Positions 8,868 through 16,896 of a stretch of 64,000 nt of DNA are shown piece after piece. Every line of letters starts with the position of its first letter. The first letter of the stretch is position 1. The DNA lies in assembly GCA_036495645.1 (NCBI GenBank), contig DASXMN010000011.1, positions 62,940 to 126,939 on the forward strand, in the 5' to 3' direction. The position numbers were made by a program, and so were the translations under genes. The notes below the pieces were generated by a model. That model made no database searches. It was given only the letters and a program-made list of their open reading frames with translations, and was not told the origin of the DNA. This DNA is from Candidatus Angelobacter sp. (GTDB taxonomy: Bacteria > Acidobacteriota > Terriglobia > Terriglobales > Acidobacteriaceae).

Positions 8868-9578
8868 TCAGGCATTGGCCTTTGCGCTTTTGCGTTTCGC
8901 TTTGCCGGTGCTGAGCACTCCCCGCAAAAACATGTTGCTCATTTCGGCTGCCAGTTCGCCGGCATCCAGATCAACGCGCGGGTTATGCCAGGTGTAGATC
9001 CAGTTGATCATGCCAAAAAGTCCCAGCACGGCCAGCCGTCCTGAAAATTCTAGTCCTTTTTCCCGCCGTAAATCTTCCAGCAGGTCCAGGCATATCTTGT
9101 AGTACTCGCGCTTAATTGCCCGGATCTCTGCTCCGCGGCCATTCTTGAGCGTTTCATCCTCATGGGTCAGCACCTTCATGGCTTCTTTATTCGCCAGAAA
9201 GTAGTCCAGATGGTTTTCAATAAAAATGCGGACTCGCTGCTCAGCCCCATGTGCGTCTTTCAGCCGATCCTGCAGGCTTTCGATGATGGTGCGAAAAGCA
9301 TGTTTCTGGATCAGGTAAAGCAGGTCTTCCTTGGAATCAAAATAGTGGTAGAGGCCGGCCAGCGACATTCCTGCCGCGCGGGAAAGGTCGCGCATGGATG
9401 CCCCTTCGTAGCCTTTTTCACAAAAGATATGCGCTGCGTGATGGAGTAGTTCGGCGAGCCGCCGGTCAAATGGAGAATTCGCTTCTTCGCCGGCTTTTCC
9501 GGATGTAAAAGCATGTCTGCCTTTGCGGCCATTGTAAGGCGCGGCAGGCATCCGGATTTCCATATTTATCTGAGCCAT
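8868..9578 (-). CDS. TetR/AcrR-family transcriptional regulator
   Basis: 236 aa. The N-terminal HTH is GYEGASMRDLSRAAGMSLAGLYHYFDSKEDLL. It is the first gene of the catabolic gene string. Confidence 0.85.
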   Translation of the reverse strand: MAQINMEIRMPAAPYNGRKGRHAFTSGKAGEEANSPFDRRLAELLHHAAHIFCEKGYEGASMRDLSRAAGMSLAGLYHYFDSKEDLLYLIQKHAFRTIIESLQDRLKDAHGAEQRVRIFIENHLDYFLANKEAMKVLTHEDETLKNGRGAEIRAIKREYYKICLDLLEDLRREKGLEFSGRLAVLGLFGMINWIYTWHNPRVDLDAGELAAEMSNMFLRGVLSTGKAKRKSAKANA

Positions 9579-9587
9579 AGTGCAGGT

Positions 9588-9602
9588 TACCGAACGTTCG
9601 TT
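9588..9602. promoter_or_regulatory. palindromic candidate operator upstream of the TetR gene
   Basis: A perfect 10-bp palindrome CGAACGTTCG lies at 9591-9600, extendable to ACCGAACGTTCGTT with one mismatch. It is 13 nt upstream of the TetR start codon. Confidence 0.35.
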
Positions 9603-9995
9603 CGACTCTTTTTATTATGCCTCAAGGTTGCTTGCACAGTCAATTTCGGCACTGAATTTGTTTTCGCGCAAATTATATTTTTCGGCGTGGCCAGCGCCAC
9701 TATAGGAGCAGGCAACAAATTTTGGCGGAATCTATCTCGGCGGGATCAGGCGCTCATTCCCAGAGCTCCCATTCATTCGAATCCCATGTAGTTTGCACAA
9801 TACAGGCTCGTTTATTCCAGTACTTTGGTGTATTCAGCCGTAGGTGTGTGCGGAGACCGCCGATCAAGAAAAGTTGTTCCATGCAGGCTCCAGGCACTGT
9901 CACATAACCCAGAGCCGAAATTGAATTACTTTCGACGGTGGACTAAGAAAGCTCAGGATTTCTATCAGCTTGGTCCCCTTCCAGGAGAGATACAA

Positions 9996-11402
9996 ATGAA
10001 CACATTTTGCAAGACCTCTTTTAATCCATTGGCCAAGCTGGCATCCACTTTTATGCTGTGGGCAATGATTGCCCTGGCCGCCGGTTGCGGTGGCGGATCA
10101 TCAGTCGCTTCCAATCCAACCCCTACACCAACTCCGGGCGTGGGAACTTCGTCCGCGCAAGTCCGCTTTGGCGACGCGCCGGCAGACAGCGTAATCGCCT
10201 TTGAAGTTTCCGTATCTGCGTTGTCGCTCACTCCTGCCGGAGAAGGATCGCCTGTTGGAGTCACAGTCCCGGCCAATAATCGTATTGAACTGACTCACGC
10301 ATCGGGAAAGTTTGAACCATTTATTGCCGGCAACCTGCCTCAGGGCACGTTCTCTGCGGTCAATCTAACGCTCACTAATGCTGAACTCACATTTCTGAGC
10401 AGTACCGGGACCGCGGTACACATCAATGGTCCAGCCAGCGCTCAGGTCACCATTCCGCTCAGCCCAAATCTTACGATTGGGACGAGCCCGTTAGTTTTGA
10501 ATATTGATGTGAATGTGGGGGCCTCTGTAACCACAGCCAGCGGAGTGGTAAATGGAATTGCCTTTACTGCCGCCTCATTCAACATTACGGCCAAAGCGCC
10601 AGGCGCAGCCGCTAACCAGCAGGATGACGACGGCGAAATTGAAGATGTTCAGGGCACGGTGACTGCCGTGAATGTATCCAGCTTCACATTCAAAGTCGGG
10701 CAGACGGGGTCTTCCCTGACCTTCAACACCGACGCTACCACGGAATTTAAAGATGGAGTCACCGGTGTAGCTGGATTGCTGAACCAGGTCGTGACGGTGG
10801 AAGGCTTCACCAAGTCCGATGGCAGCCTGTTTGCCAAAGAAATAGAAGGTTTGGAGAGCAGCACCGGCGCAGAAGCTGAAGGCTTGATCACCGCCATCAG
10901 CGGCACCGCTCTGACTGTAACAGCACAGGATGGCATCGGGAACGGGTTTGATGACACCAAAGTCGGCGCCAGTTTCACCGTGAACATTGCAGGCCTGAAC
11001 GTCAGTAAGTTCCGGGTAAAAGCCGGCAACGGTTTTGGCGGCGGACTGCCCAGCGCCAGCTTCCCCTTCGACGCGACAACGATGCACCAGGGTCAGCGCA
11101 TTGAAGTGGATAGTGATGTCGCTATCCCGCCGGCAAATGGCGCTATCACTCCGGACAAGATCAACTTGCAACAGCAGGGCGTCTCGGGTGTGGTGGCAAA
11201 CGCCGCAGCTAACACCTTCGACATCAACCTGGCGGCAGATTCAGCGCTGAGAACCATTTCCGGCCAGACAGTTGTTCACGTAACCAAAACCTCTTCCACC
11301 GATAGCCGCGTAACCGTGGCCAACGGCGGACCTGTGCAAGTGCGCGGACTGCTCTTCTGGAACGGAACATCATGGCAACTGGTGGCCCGCCGCATCCGTT
11401 AA
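9996..11402 (+). CDS. lipoprotein, DUF4382-like N-terminal domain plus DUF5666-like repeats
   Basis: ATG 9996 is preceded by GGAGAG. The lipobox is ALAAGC followed by GGGSS. The block VRFGDAPADSVIAFEVSVSALSL...NLPQGTFSAVNLTL fits my memory of DUF4382. The block GTVTAVNVSSFTFKVGQ...VTVEGFTKSDGSLFAKEIE fits DUF5666. The 57 upstream codons in the track ORF are rejected. Confidence 0.55.
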   Translation: MNTFCKTSFNPLAKLASTFMLWAMIALAAGCGGGSSVASNPTPTPTPGVGTSSAQVRFGDAPADSVIAFEVSVSALSLTPAGEGSPVGVTVPANNRIELTHASGKFEPFIAGNLPQGTFSAVNLTLTNAELTFLSSTGTAVHINGPASAQVTIPLSPNLTIGTSPLVLNIDVNVGASVTTASGVVNGIAFTAASFNITAKAPGAAANQQDDDGEIEDVQGTVTAVNVSSFTFKVGQTGSSLTFNTDATTEFKDGVTGVAGLLNQVVTVEGFTKSDGSLFAKEIEGLESSTGAEAEGLITAISGTALTVTAQDGIGNGFDDTKVGASFTVNIAGLNVSKFRVKAGNGFGGGLPSASFPFDATTMHQGQRIEVDSDVAIPPANGAITPDKINLQQQGVSGVVANAAANTFDINLAADSALRTISGQTVVHVTKTSSTDSRVTVANGGPVQVRGLLFWNGTSWQLVARRIR

Positions 11403-11429
11403 GTGCAAAGAACTTAGTACGCTCCTTAC

Positions 11430-11464
11430 AGGCCGCATCCACTCAGGGTGCGGCCTTCTTTTAT
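11430..11464 (+). terminator. rho-independent terminator after the lipoprotein gene
   Basis: The stem AGGCCGCA (11430-11437) pairs with TGCGGCCT (11449-11456). The loop is 11 nt and is followed by TCTTTTAT. Confidence 0.65.
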
Positions 11465-11505
11465 GATCAACTCAGGGTTGGCACGAACTCGTGGTCTCAG
11501 TGCAA

Positions 11506-11790
11506 TCAGTGTGCGTTAGCGAAGGGATTCTCGATACGTATGCCCGCGATCATCTGCCCTGCCTTCAGATCTTCAGACAGGGTTTGGACGGCGCCACTCT
11601 TGAGAGCGGAAACCACAATCAGAGCGTCCCAGAATCCGATCCTGGACGTATCCTGATTTGGAATGCGGCAGAGATTTCGGCAGCTGTGGTATCGATGCAC
11701 CACACTGCGTAGTTGCTCGCCACCAGGGCGGCAAGAATTTTTGCTTTTTTTAGCGCCTGCCGACTAAGACTGATGTTACATTTTGCTTCC
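11506..11790 (-). pseudogene. frameshifted PIN-domain (VapC-like) toxin remnant
   Basis: The track ORF 11506-11703 ends with a PIN C-terminus (FWDALIVVSALKSGAVQTLSEDLKAGQMIAGIRIENPF). A different frame just upstream reads KILAALVASNYAVWCIDTTAAEISAAFQIRIRPG, which looks like a PIN middle region and then hits a stop. I see no intact N-terminus and no antitoxin gene. Confidence 0.45.
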
Positions 11791-11936
11791 CGCTATCTCG
11801 CGAAGCTGCCATAATTAACTTTCTCCTACCAATCACGTGCCTGGAACGTTTTCCCACACCCAGTTGTTCTAGTATGCTTTTCATCATGCAATCATTGCTC
11901 ATGTCAATTTACGAATTTCGGAGGACATAAGGTTCT

Positions 11937-12710
11937 ATGACGACACGCAGTCATGCAATCGACTCCGGCCTGCTGTGGTTTGAGCATCTGTCCCGGGCCC
12001 CAGTACCGTCACTCCGGCTGTTTTGTTTCCCGTATGCGGGAGGAAGCGCAGAGGTGTTCCGCAGATGGCAGCGATGGTTTCCTCCACAGATTGACATGTG
12101 CCTGGTGCACTTGCCAGGCCGCGGCAAGCGCATGGGCGAACAGGCATTCACTCGGATCATTCCTCTGGTGAATGCGATTGCCGCTTGCATCGGCAGCAAA
12201 ACCAACGTTCCATATGCTCTCTACGGACATAGCATGGGCGCTTTGATCGGCTTTGAATTGGCCAGAGAAATCCTTCGCAGGAGCGGCAGCGGGCCGCAGC
12301 ACCTGTTTGTATCGGGCCACCGTGCTCCGCAATTGCCAAGGATTGAACCGGTAACGTTCCACCTTCCTCATGACGAGTTCATCACGGAGCTAAAAAGGCT
12401 CAAAGGCACTCCCGAGGAAGTTTTCGACCACCCTGAGCTCATGGACATATTCATCAGTCTCCTACGAGCAGATTTCGAAGCGGTCGAAACGTACGAATAC
12501 AATCCCGGAGAACAGTTGCCCTGCCCGATTACGGTGTACGGCGGATTCCAAGACGAACATGTGCCGGTAGAAAGCTCTCGAGCATGGCAGGAGCAAACTT
12601 CGTCCTACTGTAAAATCAGGATGTTCAAGGGAGACCATTTCTTTATTCGCAGTCCCGAACCGGAATTCACGAGCGCGTTCCAAAACGATGTCCTGGAATC
12701 TGTTCCCTGA
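11937..12710 (+). CDS. type II thioesterase (editing TE of NRPS/PKS systems)
   Basis: 257 aa. Motifs are LFCFPYAGGSAEVF, the nucleophile elbow GHSMGA and the C-terminal GDHFF. GGAGGA lies upstream of the ATG. Confidence 0.9.
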   Translation: MTTRSHAIDSGLLWFEHLSRAPVPSLRLFCFPYAGGSAEVFRRWQRWFPPQIDMCLVHLPGRGKRMGEQAFTRIIPLVNAIAACIGSKTNVPYALYGHSMGALIGFELAREILRRSGSGPQHLFVSGHRAPQLPRIEPVTFHLPHDEFITELKRLKGTPEEVFDHPELMDIFISLLRADFEAVETYEYNPGEQLPCPITVYGGFQDEHVPVESSRAWQEQTSSYCKIRMFKGDHFFIRSPEPEFTSAFQNDVLESVP

Positions 12711-13197
12711 ATCTGTTTCCTCTTCATGCGTTCCGAAAATTTGAAATGGATTGAAGGCCGGAGATTGCCGCTGCTCGTCTGAAACAGGTCCTCTCTGCCG
12801 CTGCCGCGGAAAACGCAAAGTCCCCGGAGCAGCCGCTTGTTGTTCGTGATACAGGCGGTGATTAGATCGGCTCGATCAATCTCGCTCAGAGAGGTCTTGA
12901 TTCTCCTCCAATAAGCGTCAACGATCTGGTTCAGAGCACGATTGTAGAGACGAAGTAAAATTCGCCGCAAATCGGCTTCGAAGGAGGGCGATTTTCGGCG
13001 GTAGAAAATCGGGTCGTCGGTACATAGAAGGTACCCGACCGAGGACCTGTCAGTAACTTATTGATTTGAGAGCCGGTTAGATGGTGGCTAGGGACGGTGT
13101 AGTGGCACACGGAGTCAAAATGAGTGTGGGTTCCCAATTTTCAGCGCTCGATGAGGTTTTGCGGATGACAATTGAAAGCAACGAAATAACGCGATAC

Positions 13198-14334
13198 TTA
13201 GGATAATTTTTCCTGCGACGCCTCGGCTTTTTGAGCATCGGGCGTATGTGATTGAGCCTTCTCCCTGATCAGCCTCGCCCGGAGTTCCAGCATTGATCGC
13301 GTAACCTCATCTATCTCGCTGGCGCGAAATCCATCGGCTATCTGTGGCAGATATTGCTTGAAGGCATGCTTCGCCGCTTCTCCGAATTCCACATATCCAT
13401 GGTGAAGTATTTTCACGCCATCGGCGACTGCGATTCTTTCATTCCATGCAATTGCCTTCTGTTCTGAAAGATCGGCCGGCAAATTCAACTCCATGCGTGC
13501 GCCCGCTACTCGTACCGGATATCCTCCGGGAAGCCCAAATGGGCCGGGTACGTGGGTTTCCACATCTCGTGCGTCAAGGATGTCGCGCAGCAATACAGCA
13601 GCCGTACATCCAATCACTTTATTGACCTCCAAACCACCGCTTGTTCGTTGGCCTACCAGCAAGCTGCTCACATTCTCGCAACGCTTTCCATCAATCCAGG
13701 CCTGTGCTTCATCCACTCCAGGCTTGGGTGTGTATAAGTGCAGGTGATGGGCCATGACCTGCAAGCGCTGTTGGGGCATAAGACCCAGCGAAGACCGCAA
13801 CGTTGCCGCCAAAAGGGCAATATTGCCGATGCCGCAAAAGACTGGAAGGTCGAGGGCGCGCAACAGTGGATTGACTGCGTCAGGGTAGCAGCCATTGATA
13901 AAAAGAACTGACCGTGAATGCCCGGCAACGGCTTTGGCAAACTTGATTGCGAAAGCTGCCTGCAATGGCAATGTGAAACCAAATCCTGCGCTGCGGAGCA
14001 ACTGCGTCCATGATGAAGGTTGGTGAATACCTTCCCAGGGAGAGTAATAAGAAGCACAGTTTACGACCACGTCAGGTTGAATCGACGAAAGCAGCCTGCC
14101 AGCATCACCTGATTCGGCGTCAAATTCGACGGACTCGAAAATGACCGGTGATTGTATGCTTGCGGCTTTTGCGCGTGAGACATACATCATTTCATTCAAT
14201 TGGCTCCTGGATCGGGCGCAAATAATCACCCGATAAGGCCGGGAAAGCAATAGAGCCAACGAATAAGAAATGGCCCGCGCCAAAGACCCACTGCCGACGA
14301 TCAAGATGGTTGCATTCACGAAGTGTAATTGCAC
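13198..14334 (-). CDS. NAD(P)-binding Rossmann-fold oxidoreductase, saccharopine-dehydrogenase-like
   Basis: The start is set at GTG 14334, 9 nt after the permease stop. The track ATG 14406 would overlap the permease by 64 nt. The N-terminal dinucleotide motif is ILIVGSGSLARA, and DVVVNCAS follows. Size is ~378 aa. The family call is tentative. Confidence 0.4.
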   Translation of the reverse strand: MQLHFVNATILIVGSGSLARAISYSLALLLSRPYRVIICARSRSQLNEMMYVSRAKAASIQSPVIFESVEFDAESGDAGRLLSSIQPDVVVNCASYYSPWEGIHQPSSWTQLLRSAGFGFTLPLQAAFAIKFAKAVAGHSRSVLFINGCYPDAVNPLLRALDLPVFCGIGNIALLAATLRSSLGLMPQQRLQVMAHHLHLYTPKPGVDEAQAWIDGKRCENVSSLLVGQRTSGGLEVNKVIGCTAAVLLRDILDARDVETHVPGPFGLPGGYPVRVAGARMELNLPADLSEQKAIAWNERIAVADGVKILHHGYVEFGEAAKHAFKQYLPQIADGFRASEIDEVTRSMLELRARLIREKAQSHTPDAQKAEASQEKLS

Positions 14335-14342
14335 CTCACTTC

Positions 14343-16772
14343 TTATTCTTCTCTCAGGGCTACAATCGGGTCTACCAAAGTGGCGCGTCGAGCGGGAAGG
14401 TAACACGCGCAGAGCGAAATAACAATCAATGCCGCAACTACAGCCACCAATGTCATGGGATCGAAAGGAGGGACGTTGAATAGCAAGCTGGACACATAGC
14501 GAGTCAGGAAGAACGTGGCCACAAGTCCAATCACTACGCCCATCAGCGTTAACCGCACACCATTGGCCAGCACCAGTTGCAAGACCCGGCCCCGTGATGC
14601 TCCCAGAGCCATGCGTAATCCAAGCTCCCGAGTGCGCTGGGCAACTGAGTATGCCATGACGCCAAAAATGCCGACTGCCGCAAGCACCAGGGCGATACCA
14701 GCAAAGACAGACAACAGAACGGTGCGAAATTTCGGCTCGGAGACAGACTGCGCTACATTTTCTTGCATGCTACGAATTGCAGTAACCGGCTGATTAGGAT
14801 CGATATTGTGCACCACTGAGCGTATAACATTGGTTTGCGCCAGAGGGTCCCCAGCGGTGCGCACAACCAGGGACAGCGTCAAGACTGGAAGCACCTGATC
14901 CGCCTGGCGAAAAGGCACGTACATTTCTGAAGAAGATTCACTGGCCAGAGATTGCTTAACATCAGCAACGACTCCGACAATCTCCATCCAGGGGACACTG
15001 GAATCAGGCACAGCCCCAACTTGTATGTGCTGTCCTATTGGCGACTGGTTGGGAAAATATGTGCGCGCGAAGCTGGAATTGATTACTACTACTGCCGGAG
15101 TTCCTTCTCGGTCGCGATCTTCGATCCATCGGCCGGTCATGAGTGGTATTCCCAGCGTTTTCAAGTAGCCTCCGCTCACGGCACGATAGCTGGCAATGGT
15201 GTACTCCTGGGGAGAGCGGGGAGGGCGACCCTGAATATTGAAGTGGAGAGCCGACCCAGTGCCGGTTACTGGGAGAAAGGATACAGCCCCAACCGAGCGG
15301 ACACCGGGCAGGGCTGCCACCTGCTCAAAGAGACGATCAAAGAAACCCAAACGCACATTCCGATCACTGTACGCGGTGGGCGAACGGACTATATTCGCAA
15401 TTAAGATGTGGTCAGTGGAAAAGCCCGGAGAAACATTGGACAGTCGCTCAAAGCTCTTGAACAGAAGACCAGCCCCAACCAGCAGCAACATAGCCAAAGC
15501 GATCTCAGAAACAACCAGTGCAGCGCGTGTACGCAAAACGGCGCTCACAGCCCCGCCGCGGTTGGTTTCACTCAAAGCTTCACGCGTGTCAATGGTCCAC
15601 GTGTGACGTGCAGGGGCCAGGCCGAACAGAACACCAGGAACAAGAGCAATTAAGGCAGTGAAGCCGAGAACCGACAAATCAATAGAAACGCTATTACTGC
15701 GGGGAAGGCTGCTCCCCGCCAGCCGCGTTAAAAGTGGCACTGCGGCCCAAGCCAACGCGAGCCCCAAAACGCCGCCGGCAACGGCCACCAGGATGCTTTC
15801 CGCCAATAGCTGGCGAATAATGTCGAAGCGCTGAGCTCCCAAAGCGATACAGACTGCCATCTCACGCCGCCGGCCGGTGGCGCGAACAAGCAGAAGATTG
15901 GCGACATTCGCACAGGCAATCAGGAGCACAACTCCCACTGCGCCGATCAAGACCCAAAGCGCAGTGTGAACGTTCTGCACAACCTGCTCCAGCATGGGAT
16001 CCACCAGTGCTGAAACATTGGTGTTCGTTTCCGGATATTGCTGCTCCAGTTGTTTGGCAATCACGGTCATCTCTGAGCGGGCCTGCTCAAGCGAAACATT
16101 CGGTTTTAGTCGGGCTATGGGTAGAATTCCGGGATGCCAGCTACGATCATCCGGCAGTGTTCTGGCCCAGGGCTCAAACGGCAGGATGACATCTGCCGCC
16201 TGCTGAAGGATCTCAAACTTTGGCGGCATCACGCCGATAATCGAATAGTTCTGATTGTCCAAGGTAATGGTCTTGCCAAACACGTCGCGAGAAGACGAAA
16301 ACTGCCGCTCCCAGAGATTATGGCTGATGATCGCCACAGGGGGCGCGCCCGGCTTATCTTCCGCGTCAGAGAAGGTGCGGCCAAATTCCGGTTTGACTCC
16401 TAAGAGATCAAAAAGATTGGCAGTAACATTTTGGGTGGGCAGCCTTTCAGCTTCGGTGACCCCCGTCATGGTCATCACGTTATTACGCACGGCTCCCACT
16501 GCTTCAAACGAGTGGCTCTGGTCGCGCCAGTCCTTGTAATTGAGATAGGACAAGGACAACCTGGGAAACTGCGGCCAATGCTCAGCAAGCAGCACCAGTC
16601 TTTGCGGATCGCGATATGGAAGAGGACGAAGCAGGACAGCATTCACGATGCTGAACATCGCGCTATTTGCCCCGATTCCCAAAGCCAGTGTAAGCACAGC
16701 TACGACGGTAAATCCGGGATTGCTTTTTAACCTGCGAAGCGCAAATTTGAAATTCTGTGCGAGCGTAAACAT
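14343..16772 (-). CDS. MacB/FtsX-type ABC permease of the ADOP (acidobacterial duplicated orphan permease) type
   Basis: 809 aa. The N-terminus is RRLKSNPGFTVVAVLTLALGIGANSAMFSIVNAVLLRPLPY. It has two FtsX-like membrane halves separated by large periplasmic segments. No ATPase gene lies next to it. Confidence 0.8.
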   Translation of the reverse strand: MFTLAQNFKFALRRLKSNPGFTVVAVLTLALGIGANSAMFSIVNAVLLRPLPYRDPQRLVLLAEHWPQFPRLSLSYLNYKDWRDQSHSFEAVGAVRNNVMTMTGVTEAERLPTQNVTANLFDLLGVKPEFGRTFSDAEDKPGAPPVAIISHNLWERQFSSSRDVFGKTITLDNQNYSIIGVMPPKFEILQQAADVILPFEPWARTLPDDRSWHPGILPIARLKPNVSLEQARSEMTVIAKQLEQQYPETNTNVSALVDPMLEQVVQNVHTALWVLIGAVGVVLLIACANVANLLLVRATGRRREMAVCIALGAQRFDIIRQLLAESILVAVAGGVLGLALAWAAVPLLTRLAGSSLPRSNSVSIDLSVLGFTALIALVPGVLFGLAPARHTWTIDTREALSETNRGGAVSAVLRTRAALVVSEIALAMLLLVGAGLLFKSFERLSNVSPGFSTDHILIANIVRSPTAYSDRNVRLGFFDRLFEQVAALPGVRSVGAVSFLPVTGTGSALHFNIQGRPPRSPQEYTIASYRAVSGGYLKTLGIPLMTGRWIEDRDREGTPAVVVINSSFARTYFPNQSPIGQHIQVGAVPDSSVPWMEIVGVVADVKQSLASESSSEMYVPFRQADQVLPVLTLSLVVRTAGDPLAQTNVIRSVVHNIDPNQPVTAIRSMQENVAQSVSEPKFRTVLLSVFAGIALVLAAVGIFGVMAYSVAQRTRELGLRMALGASRGRVLQLVLANGVRLTLMGVVIGLVATFFLTRYVSSLLFNVPPFDPMTLVAVVAALIVISLCACYLPARRATLVDPIVALREE

Positions 16773-16896
16773 TACTTGCCTCTGGATTGTGGATCAACGC
16801 GAATTCAAAACGATTTTCAAATCAAATCAAGCAGTGTAGCGAACATGCAAAAGCTGGCTTCGTTAAAGTAATGGCAGTTCACCTGCATAGCTGCGT

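Noticed and set aside
12605-13137. I considered ORFs 12605-12970 (121 aa) and 12931-13137 (68 aa) as functional genes.
   Set aside because: The first overlaps the 3' end of the TEII gene out of frame, and only its first ~50 residues look protein-like. The second has no motifs. They are treated as decayed remnants only. I also looked for a tRNA or att-site fragment here and found no T-arm or acceptor pattern.
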